Of a DNA stretch of 64,000 nucleotides, positions 12,249-26,195 are shown piece by piece. The first letter of the stretch is position 1. Every line of letters starts with the position of its first letter. The stretch is from assembly GCF_009914755.1 (NCBI RefSeq), contig NC_060926.1; one strand, written 5' to 3'. The stretch comes from the human T2T-CHM13v2.0 reference genome, Homo sapiens. The translations under genes and the position numbers were made by a program. Under the pieces are notes generated by a model. It searched no databases, was not told where the DNA came from, and saw only the letters and a program-made list of their open reading frames with translations.

Positions 12249-15200
12249 CCTGGTACATCGCCTCAGGGCATTCATTTCAGGCTCCTTCTAAATGGCCAAG
12301 GTACAGTTGACTAAATACCGTACTTCATTTCTGGTATGTTTGGAGAGACATCTGTTTTTTGCATTTGGTCTTTCACTCTTTGTTTTTCTCCGGGAGGATT
12401 ATACTTTGTTTGTTCCTCTCAAACTTTACCCAACTGAGAGTGCTATAGAGTGCTGTGATTTAAATATCAACAGATTTCTAGGGACATATGCACTCTCAGA
12501 AATATGTGCGTTCTCAGACCTGAGTACCCTGGTGTGGGCTTCGTGGTATTTTAGGAAGCATGAATTGAGATCTGAGGGCACTAGGTTTATCTTGAAAGCA
12601 GATGTAGGTAAATTGTCTCGGCTCTGCTGTGATCTCTAAGATTATGAAGGTATCTGGAACTCAGGGGAAAAAACATCTATTTTATCACATCATTGAAAGT
12701 AGTTTCTTACCATTTATTAAACATTGGCTTAAAATAATGATTTTGCCATTTTTTTCCTGTCACATTGCAAATGCTTATCTATTGCTTTGACTAAGTTTGC
12801 ATGCCTGCATTTCACCCTTGAAAAAGTAAAGTGTTCAGTTTTTTCTTTTTGTAGATAGTATTTAGATCACCTTTATCAATCTTAAAATAAGAAACCTAAT
12901 AAAAATAACTCCAAATTGCAAGGCATCTCTTTAATACATAGATACTTTGTATCTTCATTTTAGTTGAAAAGTTAAAATTATCTGTAGAGAAAGCATAAGA
13001 CTAGATGATACCTTTTAATCTATTGTGAGAGATATGTAACATGTCAGCAGATGACAAAAGTAGGAACTGTTTTATAAACCTCCAATCATCAAATAAGTGA
13101 CATGTTTGAGTCAATCAATTTAAGAGGTTCCCAGTCCACTGATGAAACCATTTGAAGAAAATGTGCTGTTTGATGTTACAGAAGCCAAAAGCTGTATAAA
13201 TGTGTCATCTGTTTTTCATTTTAATTCACTGTTTCAGAAGTATTTACTGTGTATTAAAAAATCTTTTTACCCTTTCAAATCTTTTGGACAACCTGGAAAA
13301 ATTGAGAACAGTTTAAGATCTATCCATAAAAGCACATTCTCAGCTGAGTTATCTTGTTCCTATGTGGTGATATTAATCATATTACATATGAACTTTTAAA
13401 ATCAAGTAAGAAGGCTGTCATTTGACTAAGTAGCTGCTGATTTTTAAACAGAATCTGTAAATATATATCTATATGCTGAAAGCTTTTAGTTCAATCAAAA
13501 ATTAAAGGTTTTTTTAATACAGTATAAATCTGAAAGGTATTTCTAGGTTCAGACAAAAATATCTGGAAGGATGTTGCCTTTAAAAATAAAGCCTTTTTTG
13601 TAGGACAATCTCTGTTTTAAGAAATGAGATTATTTCATATTGTTGTCCATGAGAAAATATTACTAGACTGAGAGATTCTTCTTATTTAATTCTCCCTCCA
13701 ACGCCATCCTTCCCTTGCAATGAACGCCCAATCACCGTTACTTTTTTTCTCACTATTTAAAAACCTCTCTCTTGCCCACAGAGTTGCTTTTTTAAAAGAT
13801 CCCTCTCTTTTCCTAGATGCTCTTCTTTCCTCTTTTCTCTGCCCTCACCCTGGCCACACCCTCCTGCCTGGGTCCATCCGGTCCTACCTCTTGACAATGC
13901 TAATTTCCTCTTCTCAGTTTGGCTACTAAATTTTACACTATGCCATAAACAGGCTACTTGTGATGCCTCTGGTTATTCGTAATGCATAGCCAAAAATACA
14001 CTAAGTGCCACCACTCCTTAATTCACTGATTTCTAGCCAGAAGCAGGGAGAGAGGAAAAATATCAGTGCTTTACTTTAAAGCCATTGTCTTCCATTGGTT
14101 TTCATTAAAGGGACAGGAGAATTATATGTAAAATGTAATAATCTTCAGGTTTTCCTGAGCGTTTTAACAAGCCACGTTCAGGCAGTAGGGTTGGAAAGTG
14201 ATGAGGGAAAACGACAAGGGTGTTGAAAGTCCCTAAACGGGATCCTGTAATTTCTAGAAAAGAAATGGTTCTGCAAACAGGAGACATGATTACATAGGCT
14301 TAATTAACAGTTCAAAGTATTGGGGAGGACTTATCATGGTAGCACGCATGTTTCTCGTTCTTTAATGAGTAAATGACCCATTTGAGTGCATGAGCACATA
14401 TCAGAAGCACATGGCGATGAAGAAGTGTGGTGGTGGTAGATCTGATCAAAGGTTTTCAAAACTGACTCCAAGTATTTGATGAAGAAGATTAACATGGAGA
14501 CAATTTACCAAACAAATACAGCATAAAGAGCCAAGAGACCTTCTAAGGGACTTCAAGGCTCCAGCTTGCCCACATAAAGAATATCATTAAACAGAAAGAA
14601 AACAAAGACCAGAATAAATATCTTGTATACTGAGTCCATAGAGTAACAGAACTGTCGATTGATGATTTTTTTTTTGCTTTATTTTTTAATATACACACCA
14701 GAGGATGTTTTCAGTTTTTAAATGCAAAACAAAGCAATGCAGTTGACCTGGGTTCTAACTGGGTAACTCTCTTAAGTGTTCTAAAAGATTTCTGGACCAG
14801 AATTGGTTAATTAGTGCTTTGTGTTGCACTGTGTTACATATGACCTAACCAGAGATAAAAAGGTTTAAAGGTCTCTTGTAACCCTGCAATGCCATTTGTA
14901 ACACAAAAATAACCCCTTTTCATTACTGGCATGCCACTGTAGCACGCAGGTTATTTTTTCCCTTCACTGCAATAAGGGCAGCTTTCGCATCAGAAGAATT
15001 CTTGGCAAATTAATGCGCTACCTCTTGGGCTAATTAAATTAGAAAGGATCAAAAATACAGAGCGGCTTTTGTGGTGGACACAATGTCGTGCTTCATGCAT
15101 CTTGCTCAGAGAGGAATTTCTGCCATTTAGCCCCCTTTTGCCTCTAGCAGTGTTCTGGACTCTCTAACACAGTCAAGTTCCTAATTTGCCTCAATGAGAG

Positions 15201-17938
15201 AAAATTATTAACTGATAATAAGAAAAGGAGCATTCACAGCTTCAGGCTGGGCTATGTGGAAAAGGGTGATCTACCCAGCACCTGAAGCGCATGCAATTTT
15301 TATTAATTCCTGCCTAAAACAATGCATTCAGGAGTAAAATTGCTGTGCAGATGACAAAAACAATTACGCCTTTGATTCGTTCATTCTAAAAATGTGAACT
15401 ACTTTAGCTCAAATATAACCAGATTAAACAACTAAAGCAGTTGCTCACCTCTCTTTAAATCCAGTTTGGATTGCAGCAAGTGTGTTTTATGTTGAGAAGT
15501 TGCCACTGCCACTTAAACTGATTGTTCCTATTGAAATCACTGAGTGCACAAGTGATTTTGACAATAATTAATATTGTTCTCTCTATACTGTGGTCCTTTG
15601 TTTGAAGATGACACTGATGATGGTGTTGCTATCTTTATGGGCATTAATCCCAGAAAGAGAGATGGAAGCTCCTGCAGTAAATCCTTGCATGACTATTTGC
15701 TTCCGTAGACTTTCTGTGATTTGCTGCTGTTCATAGAGTTTTTAGTTTACAGGTCTGTCTCTTTGCGTTTTAGATATCATGGTAGCTTTGATCAAAACAA
15801 GATACCTTCATTTCTACGTTCTGCAACATCACTAATGGCCTGTTGCTTCCCAGATAGTGTTAGTTCACAACAACTAGAGATTCTTCGGTTGTTGTTTGCT
15901 GAGTTTCTTCTACTGTTTTTTTTGGGGGGATAACTATAGTTATCGCAAATTAGTGAATTAGTTGGTTATGCCGTTTTCCAAGTTCCATATGTTCGCAGTT
16001 AATAGAGTTTGGACTAACTTATATCTGTAACAACGTGAAGTTGAGTGTATTTATTGATGTATTAATATGAGTGACAAATATGTGTTTCTAAAAAAAGATG
16101 TAAAAAGTGTTGTCGATTGTACTATGTCAAACTTCTTATGTCGATCATCAAGTTGGTCATAATTTTTATTTTGCATTTCAAAATGAAAAAAATCCTCATA
16201 ATGTGGTTGTTTTGTGTGTGTTTTATTAATTTCTGAGTTTCCTTTCAATGTAATAGGAATTAGTGGTTGTTTTGGATATTCTGTTAGGATCTTTGTTTTT
16301 TTCTGAGATTTTCTTAGTATATACAAATGCATGATCTTGATCTGCTTTGAAACTTCCAGGTTAAATTTCAATCTTTGCACTATGATCAGAAATCCTTTCC
16401 CTGTGTGTAGGTTGGACTAGAACCCAATTCACTGGTGAAAAATTCAAGGGCCATTGTTGATATATGCAAAGTGTCAAACCAGTGGTTTCCCTGAAAGCTC
16501 TCTGGAGTCTATTCTAATGTCATTTTCAAAATGTCCTGTTTGAATTCCAAAACATAATGGACATCCAATTTGTTATATTTGAATATGTCACTCTGCTTTT
16601 TAAAAATCATTATTTGGGTGCTAAACATTGTTCTAAGCTAGGATTGTCTATTTTGCGCTCATTGGTCATTTAACCATGCAGCTGTAACTTTAACCTGGAA
16701 CTTCATTCATTCTATGTAATCCATACCTCCTCTTTAAATATTCATCTCAAGCACCACCCACATAAATTTTTCTCAGATTATTTCATATCACACTCATAAC
16801 ATTTTCCCTTCATCCTTCTAGAATTTGATTCATGGAATAGAAAGATTCATGATTGTTATGTACTAAAAAATCTTGGTCTGGTCTCTGCAATTTTATACAT
16901 GCATGATCTTTTAATTACTTGAGGATTGATATCATGTAGTTAGTTTTCTTTTATTGCCCATAGCATCTAGCTTGGCATACTGTAGATACTCATTAAAGTC
17001 TTTTTGTTTTGCCAATTGCTTTCTTTAATGGGTACCAGGGATCGGTTCTCTTGGCAATGTTAAATGTTTGTGTAAAAAAAAAAGATGTATAGAGGCACTT
17101 ATATTATATATATGGCTGGGACCTAATTTCTAAAGTCTGGATACAAGAAGAAAATTGTATTTAGACAAAATTACCTTAAGAATCCTTCCTTAGAAAGCTG
17201 TCACATTGGAGACCATGGATTCTATTTCCTTAATACGCCCAAAACAGCAAGGTTTTCTCCCAATATTGGAATAGATTGGTGTTTTTTGCTTTAATGTAAA
17301 TAAAGTAATTAGGCTTGCAGTTAGGGTCATGCGGTAGAAAAGAATGGTTACCTCTATACACTAGACTCATCCTCAGTGCTGGAAACTGTTTAATATATGA
17401 GAGGTACATGAGAACCGGGACTGACTGAATGAAGAGTGGCTTCATGTCTCTTATTTCAGGCTAATTCTGTAGAAATATCTGGCAGAATTGCCTTGATACA
17501 TACATAGTTTTTTTCTGTTTATTTATTTATCTTTTTGGCCAAGTTATGTATAGTTGTGATCATATAACTTAAATGTACATTATGACATGTCTTCATTGTT
17601 CAATTGCTTCTTGTTCCAGGAAAATTCTCTCTGCTACATTTTGAACAAGATGTATTCAGTGCATGAACTTCACTTGTAAATGCAGCCTTGGGGGTCTTCT
17701 TTTAACCTGGCACCTACTTTGCACTCTTTTGTCTTCATTATGACTGTTTCATGTGTTGGTCAAGACACATCTGACATATAATCCTTTATATGGAAAGGAT
17801 GTCACTCCTTTAAATTCCAATGTTGTCAAGGAAAGCGCACTTTAGGGAGATGGATATCTGCCAGATTGGGAAAAACCATTAATAACCTTTCTTGCTGCCC
17901 CCACTGAATCCTGTAGGATTTTCTCATTGTTCTGCAGG

Positions 17939-17982
<44 letters not shown>
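17939..17982. repeat. (CA)n microsatellite
   Basis: About 22 AC units with one interruption, read directly. Confidence 0.98.
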
Positions 17983-17985
<3 letters not shown>

Positions 17986-20900
17986 CCAGGTATGTGCTCA
18001 ACCTCCTTGTTGCATGCTGAACTTTCAGCTTTGCTGTTATGATTTGCCTGAATTTTTCATTAGAAAGCTGACATCTTAAAAGTTTGGAAAAGACTTGCAG
18101 TGGGAGGGGCTATTAGTCCTTACTTGGCAGTTCCTTATCTTTAGAAAACGGACTTTCAGGTTAGATTTGCAGGATTTATGGCAGTCTTTACCTTGAAGAT
18201 CATTTCCTATAACTTAGGGTTGGCTTAAACATAAGATTATATTGATATTAATAAACAGGTCAAACTATTCAGTACTTTTTCTTTGAAAAAGGGTTTTTTT
18301 TTTATCATAACATAGTTTTAGATGGTTGAGATTTGTCTACAACCTCTCATCCTCACATAGTGATTGGATGATTGTAAAAAGTGTTTCACATCCAATCCAC
18401 TTTTAACAATGGAATGCACATGCTGTCATAAACTTTCATATTAGGAAGGACTGCATAAAAGATGTTATTTCTTTTCTAAATGACAGTTGCAACACCTTAA
18501 AGTAGTTCTACAATCTCTTCTTGGTCCTCGCTACTTTTAAGCTTGTATTTTCCCTGAACGTGTATTGGACCCAGAGAAACAGAACATGCCTGACTACTTT
18601 CCTTCTGGTATGAGAATGCTGTGCTTAAAAATATCATCTGTATGTGCTTTATTTTTATTTCAACCATACGTGCTTTTATAAGTATTTGAAAAGAAAATAT
18701 TTTAAAGATTTGAAATAGAAGGAAGGGCTATATGTGAATTACAGCAGCCTCAGGGTAACAGTATCTCACACACTAATGATTCACATGGAGTTTATGTGTC
18801 TATTTATGTTGTCATTTATTTAGGGGAGGGGTGGCTAGAGAAAGAAAGCAGTATATAGCATATTACCTAAATACCAGTGGTTTCTGAAAAAAGTAAAAAG
18901 AACACCCTGAACATTATCCTCATTTAATTAGAAGCAATCATTACATAATTATTCATATTAATTCAGTTTCTTACAACAGTGTTACATTTATTGGCACTTC
19001 CTCTTTTTTTTCTTCTTTGTTCTAAAAGAAGGGAGAATTGTTCTTTATTATTTGAAAGGGAAAAGGAAAGTGGTTTTATTTCCTGATAAAGCATTTACAA
19101 AAATGTCCACATTTGATGTGGCTCCTGGGGTCACATGGTGTCTGAATGTTCAACATGATCCTGGATCTTTCTGTAATTATTTCAGACTCATTAATAATGG
19201 TATCTTTATAGGAACCAGGAAACTTGAACTCATATCTTTGTCATGAATGCAGGATTTATGTTACCAGAGTCTAGTTTCTGACCTTGAGGAAAGGGCTGAA
19301 GCATCTAAGCTGTAAGTGATGACATAAAATTAAAAGTGCATAGGGGAACATAGTTAGTGTAGCCTATTATTGATGAGCAAAAGGTGGTATAAATGGGTGA
19401 AATATTATTGTCAGCATACCAGGTAGATATTTTTGCCCAGATTACTTATTCACATAGTTTGTTCAAAAACTTAGCTTCCTCAGAGAAGTTATAGGAAATA
19501 AAAGAGTTGTCTTCATTTTCATGTGTCTTAATACAGTCCAGATAATTATTATTGCTTAGTGTTAAGCACATAGATTCATTTTTGCCATCATCACAAGCCT
19601 GAAAGAAAGGGCAGATGAGTCTGAACAAATTTTCTGAGGTCACTTGTGTGTGTGTATGAATGTGAGATATCCAAAGGAGTAAAGAGTAAAAGTTGGGGAA
19701 ATTAATTGAAAAATTATTAGTTCTTAAAATGCAGAGGCAAGAATAAATTAAAGCAGATGCACGTTGGGAACTTTCCTTTCTGCTTTACCCACACATCCAT
19801 TTTTTGTGTGTGTTTTGCAAATGAATAGAAAAGAAGGAGAAAACTATTTCCAGGTGTCTTCACTCAGTCTCTCAGTTTCAGAAATATTGATATATGACTT
19901 TACTACTGACAGAGAACAGAGAAAGAGAAGCTCATCTCTTTGACTGCTGTGTTACAAATATAGTTACAAAATGTTGTAGAATAGTCCTTTTGAGTTTCAG
20001 ATTTGCGACTACAAAAATTAGGCATTTCTTTCTTTCTCCCTTTGCTTGAAAATCAAGTCCACCCTGTCTCGACCACATAAATAGAACAATTTTCCTCTGT
20101 GAACTGCTTGATGAGGCTGTGGCCAGATTCATATAAATGTCATAAAAACAGAGTACAGAATGGATTATTTTATGATTAAGATCTGTATGGATCTTTGTAT
20201 GAATGCAACGTGCTTTGGCAGGGTTCTGCTGCACGCACACTAGTTTTAGTGTGTGTGGTGGAAAAAATGGCCTGCCACATTGTCACTTTAATATCTTTCT
20301 GAAAAGCAACAAAAATCACTGGGCTCCACCAAAGGTTACAGCATCGTACAAAGGTTTGGTCTGCTAACCAGTACAGTGTGTTCTATTTCTCATTGAAATA
20401 ATAACGAGAGTAAGATTCAGTAAAATGCCACAATATTTCTCAGCACTGTCATTAAATGACATGTTGATATCTAATTGTAATCATAGGTGAAACTTTCCTG
20501 TTCTCTAATTTATGTAATAAGATTCAATTTTCTTTCTGTATCTTTGATTGTGTCTATGAGCTGAAATCTTTCTCCCTATGTATCTTTCTCTTTCTTTCTT
20601 CGGTTCAGGTCTTTTGGGGGAAAGAGATGCTTCATTTAGATTTATTTTTTTGAGACACCAGACAAGCTGCTATCAGTACATGGATGCCAAGATGGTCCTT
20701 TAATAAAGAATTGTGGTTTAAGAATTTCAACCAAAGGATTAATGTATTAAACTGAATAATAGCATCCAGACAGTAGCAAAGATGATGATCAGAGTTGGTG
20801 AAAGAAAGATTATTGATCATCTGGCTCTATCAGTCACAAACAGGGAAGAAGAAAACAAAAAGGAGGAAAAGGAGATTAAAGAAACAAAAAATAGTTTAGT

Positions 20901-21309
20901 AATGCCAGCTGATTCTGTTGCTAATTATAAATCTTTGGCAAGAAGCCTTAGCTATACAGTAACTCTCCAGTTATCTGGTGGTCAGATTTCCAGCAATCTT
21001 TACCACTCAGAACACAGATGAGATCCTGGAATTGTATCTCTCATAGCCCTGGCTGCATAGGAACAACTTTCTTTTCTGGATGCATTCAGCTATTCCCTGG
21101 AAGGTTTATTAAACTGATTATGCATATACATTTAAGATTGCTTATTTAATATATCTGTTTGTCTGGATTTTTAAAGCCCCTTTAAGTTCTTCTCCAGGTT
21201 ATGGAGGGAAGTGGAAATAGGGAGGGGGTAAAATGCACTGGGGATGGGGGAAGGACGTGCAGGTTAGCAGGCTATAAAATAAATAAAATAGACATGAATA
21301 ACTATTATT

Positions 21310-22070
21310 TTGCAGACAATGAGTATTCAAGAGAGAGATTGCTCAATTGTCTTGATACTTAGAAGAAGGAAAGATAGCTCTTAGCTGTGGAATCCAAGAA
21401 AGTCTTCATGGAGAGGGGACATTGTTGTCGGGCCTAGGGGTTATCTAGGATTGAAAAAGGTGGGAACTGGGAGATGGACATTCGAGAAGCCTTGGGGTAA
21501 TGACCCAGGGATAATAATATTAGGAATCATTAATGAAGTGCTGAAAATTTGGTTGAAGCATAAGGTGAATCTATGAGAGTCATGGAAAATATGGCTGAAG
21601 TAGAAATAAAGACCAGGCTATGGAGACTTTTGAACGCCAAACTCAAGTTTTCAGACTTCATTGTAGGCCATTAGAGCTACTGAAAGCATTTGATCAGGGG
21701 AGTTGGGATGCTAGGGTTGTTTTGCCAGGGTTGGGACAAGCATATTGGGAGAGTGGAGACAGTAGAGTGGGCAATGTACTACTTGAACTTAGGAGCATTC
21801 AGCAGATGACTAGCCCATTGTGGGGGATCACAGGAGAGGCTGGAGAGAGATTTGGAGTCAACTAAGTAGGGGCTAAAAGCAATAGTTAAATTCAAAGATC
21901 AGATGAGATTATTGAGGGAAAGAATGTAAATAATGAAAGAACGAGGAATGACAGATCCTTGGAATCTCTATTAGAACAGTACTGGAGGAGTTTGAGAAGT
22001 TATATATAGAGAGTATAACAATTAGGAAGGAGGAACATAGACTGCAGTGTTGTAGAAAAGGAAGAGTAGA
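21310..22070 (-). mobile_element. LINE-2 fragment
   Basis: Purine-rich: CAAGAAAGTCTTCATGGAGAGG...TTTTCAGACTTCATTGTAGGCCATTAGAGCTACTGAAAGCATTTGATCAGGGGAG...GAGATTTGGAGTCA. Confidence 0.65.
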
Positions 22071-22086
22071 AGAGGAAGGAGCAAAG

Positions 22087-22320
22087 AACTAACACACATT
22101 GAGTATCAACTCTATATCCAGATCCAGATGTATGCAATGTTATTTAATCTTTCCATGCATCCTATTAGAGATATATTCTTACCCTAATTTTACAAAGGAA
22201 GAAATTGATGTTCAGAGGGGTTAGGTTACATGTCCAAAGCCACCAAATAGCAAGTAGCTGAACTGTGATTTATGCTCAAGTTTATTTGATTCCAAAGCCT
22301 ATGCTTTTGCACTGTTAAAT
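22087..22320 (-). mobile_element. MIR SINE
   Basis: Core sequence TTATTTAATC...ATTTTACAAAGGAAGAAATTGATGTTCAGAGGGGTTAGG...TGATTCCAAAGCCTATGCT. Confidence 0.85.
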
Positions 22321-22444
22321 GCTGCCAACAGGTTGAAGCATCTAAGAGAAGAGAAAGGGTTGTTTGACTGGTTTACCTCAGGAGAGTTGTGAGAGCAGAA
22401 GCCATATTTCACAATAATAAGAGATAAATGGGTGATGGATTCAA

Positions 22445-22830
22445 TTTAGTTCACATACTGTTTATTGGGCATCTGATGTGTAATGAGGAAATTTTCCAGC
22501 TACTGGAAGTCCAAAAACCAATAGAGCTGAGTCCTTGCTCTCAAGGAGTATGAAATTTGGGAGGGACAAAACACACACATAGATCATTTCAATATAATAT
22601 GGTGTCTGCTTTGAGAACACAGTTTGTCCTTTCAAGAAACAGAATAAAAATTTAATAAAAAGAGCAGAGTAAAGAGTTTTTACATTTTTAAGATAATGTG
22701 AACTTGAAGATGTTTGTAGATTGATTGGATGGTGCATTGGTGAAGGGGCCAGTGAAGATGTTAAAATAAGAGCAGATAAGAGGAGAATGGCAGACATATG
22801 GGATTGGGAGGGTGGGCAGTAGACTTGAGA
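22445..22830 (-). mobile_element. L2 3' fragment
   Basis: TGTTTATTGGGCATCTGATGTGT...GTCCTTGCTCTCAAGGAG...GAACTTGAAGATG. Confidence 0.55.
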
Positions 22831-25800
22831 AAAAAACAGAATAATCTGATAATATTCATGGATATATTTAATAGATGCCCATTACTATCTTTGCATATTC
22901 TATGGAAAAGTAACTGACCTGAGAACATTAACTTAATATTTTGTTTTGGATCAATATTGTTTGTTAGGCAGGCTACTCTGCCACCTTTGGCCACCCTTGG
23001 TGTTCCATTTATAGCGGGCATAAACTCTGAGCAGTCAAGTTCAAGGTCGAAAAAGTCCTTTTAATGTATTTGTGCTTAGGAAGCAAAAGTTGAAAACCAC
23101 ATCTGGGGCAGATAGAAGAGTCTAAAGATGATTATATGAGTTTCAAATTCTGGCCAATTTTTAAACATAAGGCAAACAAACAGATACACAAATTATATAG
23201 AAGTATCTATTTTGTTTAATCATTCTAATTTTAAAGGGTAAATAATTAAAGTACATTTCAATACTGTGATTAGAGGCCACAAAAACTTTGTCCAAAAAAC
23301 AGTGCTTATTTCTCATCAGAAACATCTAAGAGGAAAAGAAAATGTTGTGTTCTTATATTAGAACAGCTTTGCTTAAATGATATGGTTGTCATCTCATTGT
23401 TTAATGGGAATAGAAAGTAACCAGAAATCTTGTGTTCATAGTGTTCCCTATAAGCTGTTTGCCTTTTTGAGTTGTAGTGTCTTTTCCCTATGTTCCTATG
23501 TATTTACAATTTTTCTTGCAGAATTCAGGATATGATCTATGATGATGTAGCCTCTCCCTGCCCCCACCCCTCATCTCTCTCTTTCTCTCTATATATTTTC
23601 ATACATTATTATTTCTTATTAGCAACTGTAGTTCTGAAAATAAAATTTAATAATGTATTTTGCTAGAGCAATAAATGCCATTATGTGCTTAAAATGGAAA
23701 GATGGATGTGAAACTCAATGATACCCTAGTATTAATACAAAAAAGGCACCTAGAAAGAATGATCTGTGTCTGCTAATGTTTGACACAGCAGATATTAAAT
23801 AAATCATTTCTGCTTCTCAAGAGTAAAAGTTTTTTAAATCATTTCAATTCTGGTAACAATGCAAAAATACTTGAACAGTTCTTTTTTTTAAACCATACAA
23901 TAATAGTCATATGGTCTGTAATACCAATAATCACAGGTTTGTTAATTTACTAGAAACAATTATGACTTTCTTTAGAGCAATGTTAAGTGGAGTAAGCTCT
24001 GGACTTGATGAGCGTAATTTAGTTGTTCAACTCTCAGTAGCACTACTGGGACTCTGTGATGGAAGATTCCCTCATGGAATTGAGACGAAAAGCATCCATA
24101 AATCTGGTGTCAAGAGAAAAGTCTGCTATTGTGTAAGAGATATAACAGTATCTTTGTTACCTCAGGATTATGAAGATTATAATCTTTGATCATTCATGTT
24201 ATTGTCTTTCTTTATCACCAGCAGTATCTTAACTATATCGATCAATGCTATATGGATTTGCTTCTGGATATATGGAAAAAAGAGACTAAGAGACCACCAC
24301 TGATTTTCAAAAGCAACAATAATCTAACAGCAAATTTCAAAAATAGCAATAACATTTTATTTAGTTTTTGAAATGTATGTTTTATAATGCTTTCTATTTC
24401 AATTTCTAATAAGGTTAAAGCCCTAACCCAGCCCAAAATGACCTACAGCCCACAAGTTTTATCTCATGTTTTGAGAATCTCATAATGACTTTGGTCTTTT
24501 TTACTGAATCGTAAAACTGTGGTCCACTCACATTTTATCCTAGTATTATAATGCTATAATTCAACAGGATGCTATAGTATTCTATAATCTTATATCATAT
24601 ATAATAGTTTTCTTCCTTCCTTTTCAGTTTCAGGGTTGTTTATGTAATTGGGATTTTTTCTCTCATTTTCTTTTTTTCAGTTTTCTCCACAGTCTTATCA
24701 AATTACCTCTTTTTAAGTCTCTTTTTCTTTTTTTTTTAAAAAAAGCCATTTCTTTCACCCCTATTTATTCATATTATGTTCTTTAATGACATTTTATTTT
24801 ATACTGATCTAGGAATACCGTAATCATGGGGCAGTTCTCAAAGGGATTCGAGAGAATACGCATAAAAATCACTTGTCTACTACTGTATTGGTTGCTGGTG
24901 CTAAAATTTTTACCCTCATTGTTTATAAGTATCTGTTCCTAGGTGAAGACAAATATCTCAAAATAAACTGTTTCTTTTCAGAGGTGATTAGAACTCTAAC
25001 AAATGTTTCAGGACCATACTAAGAGGCTGTAACCATTGACTGTGGTGGACGTATCAGATTGAAGCCCTGGGGCATGGCCACATCATTATGACAATAGTTT
25101 AAGTTGTTAAGAAGCTCAAGGACCAACAAGTGAGAATGTAATTCTCTATCAAGATTGCCAGCTGTTTTTAAGTGTTTGGAGACCAAGATGAAGACCACAA
25201 GAATCAGTGGCAGATTGTCAAAGCAATGATGCAGAAGCCTACCATTACCATTATGAGCCACAAGAGGTACAATTGTGTTTTCTGCGATGATGAAATCCTC
25301 GTTGAGCTCATTGAAAGCCTGGGTATAATTAGTTTGTAAACATTTCTGGAATTCAAAACTTTTTTTTTTTTTTAAGGAAAAGAATGATCTGAATATATAG
25401 CAAATGAAATAGTGCCTATGTTTGTGAGAGGAAACTGGGAAAGAAAGTCATTTGCACAGTTATTTTACTGACTTAAACATTCTTAATTAGATTTGTGGAT
25501 TTTATATGAGAATGTGTAAAGGGGCATACTGCTAAACTTTTGCTCTAAAAGCTTTTTTTGGAGCTCAATGTAGATATATGCTTTTCTACTGGGAAAATGT
25601 AACGAGAGAAACATCTATCAGAATTCTTGTATTTAAATCTACCTCCATTCAAGACAGTTTCAAAGATTATAACAATAATCTGGAACTTGAAATATATGCA
25701 AATCTAGGTTTGGAATAGTTATGCTAATTCTGGGAGGGAGATGATATCACTTTTATTCATCTTCCTTTTAGTGTCTTTTAGTGAATTAGTCCCCTTTTAT

Positions 25801-25984
25801 TAAATAATAAAACTCTTACTTTCAACATGACAGATAGAATCCTGGCTTCAGGGTGATGGCTATTAAAATAACCCACGCCTAAACCCAGAATTACACATAT
25901 TCCTTCCTACTTTATGCTTCGAAAATAGCCTTTCTGTATGCTAGTAGAGGACCCAATATATGGCCTCAACAGGTGTGTTATACA

Positions 25985-26195
25985 TAAGGCAGTATTTAAG
26001 ACTATAGATTTAGACAGAAATTGGATCAAATAATGAGACCTTAGAAAAAGTGTATGGTCATCTTCTTATGCAAAATATGAGTAATGTTATCTAATATCTA
26101 GGATTATTGAGAAAATTACACATGATAATACCCATACATTTATTGACACACTACCTGACATTTCATAAATATTCAACAAATAATAGCTATCACAG
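25985..26195 (+). mobile_element. MIR SINE
   Basis: GCAAAATATGAGTAATG...AGGATTATTGAGAAAATTACACATGATAA...CCTGACATTTCATAAATATTCAACAAATAATAGCTAT. Confidence 0.6.
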
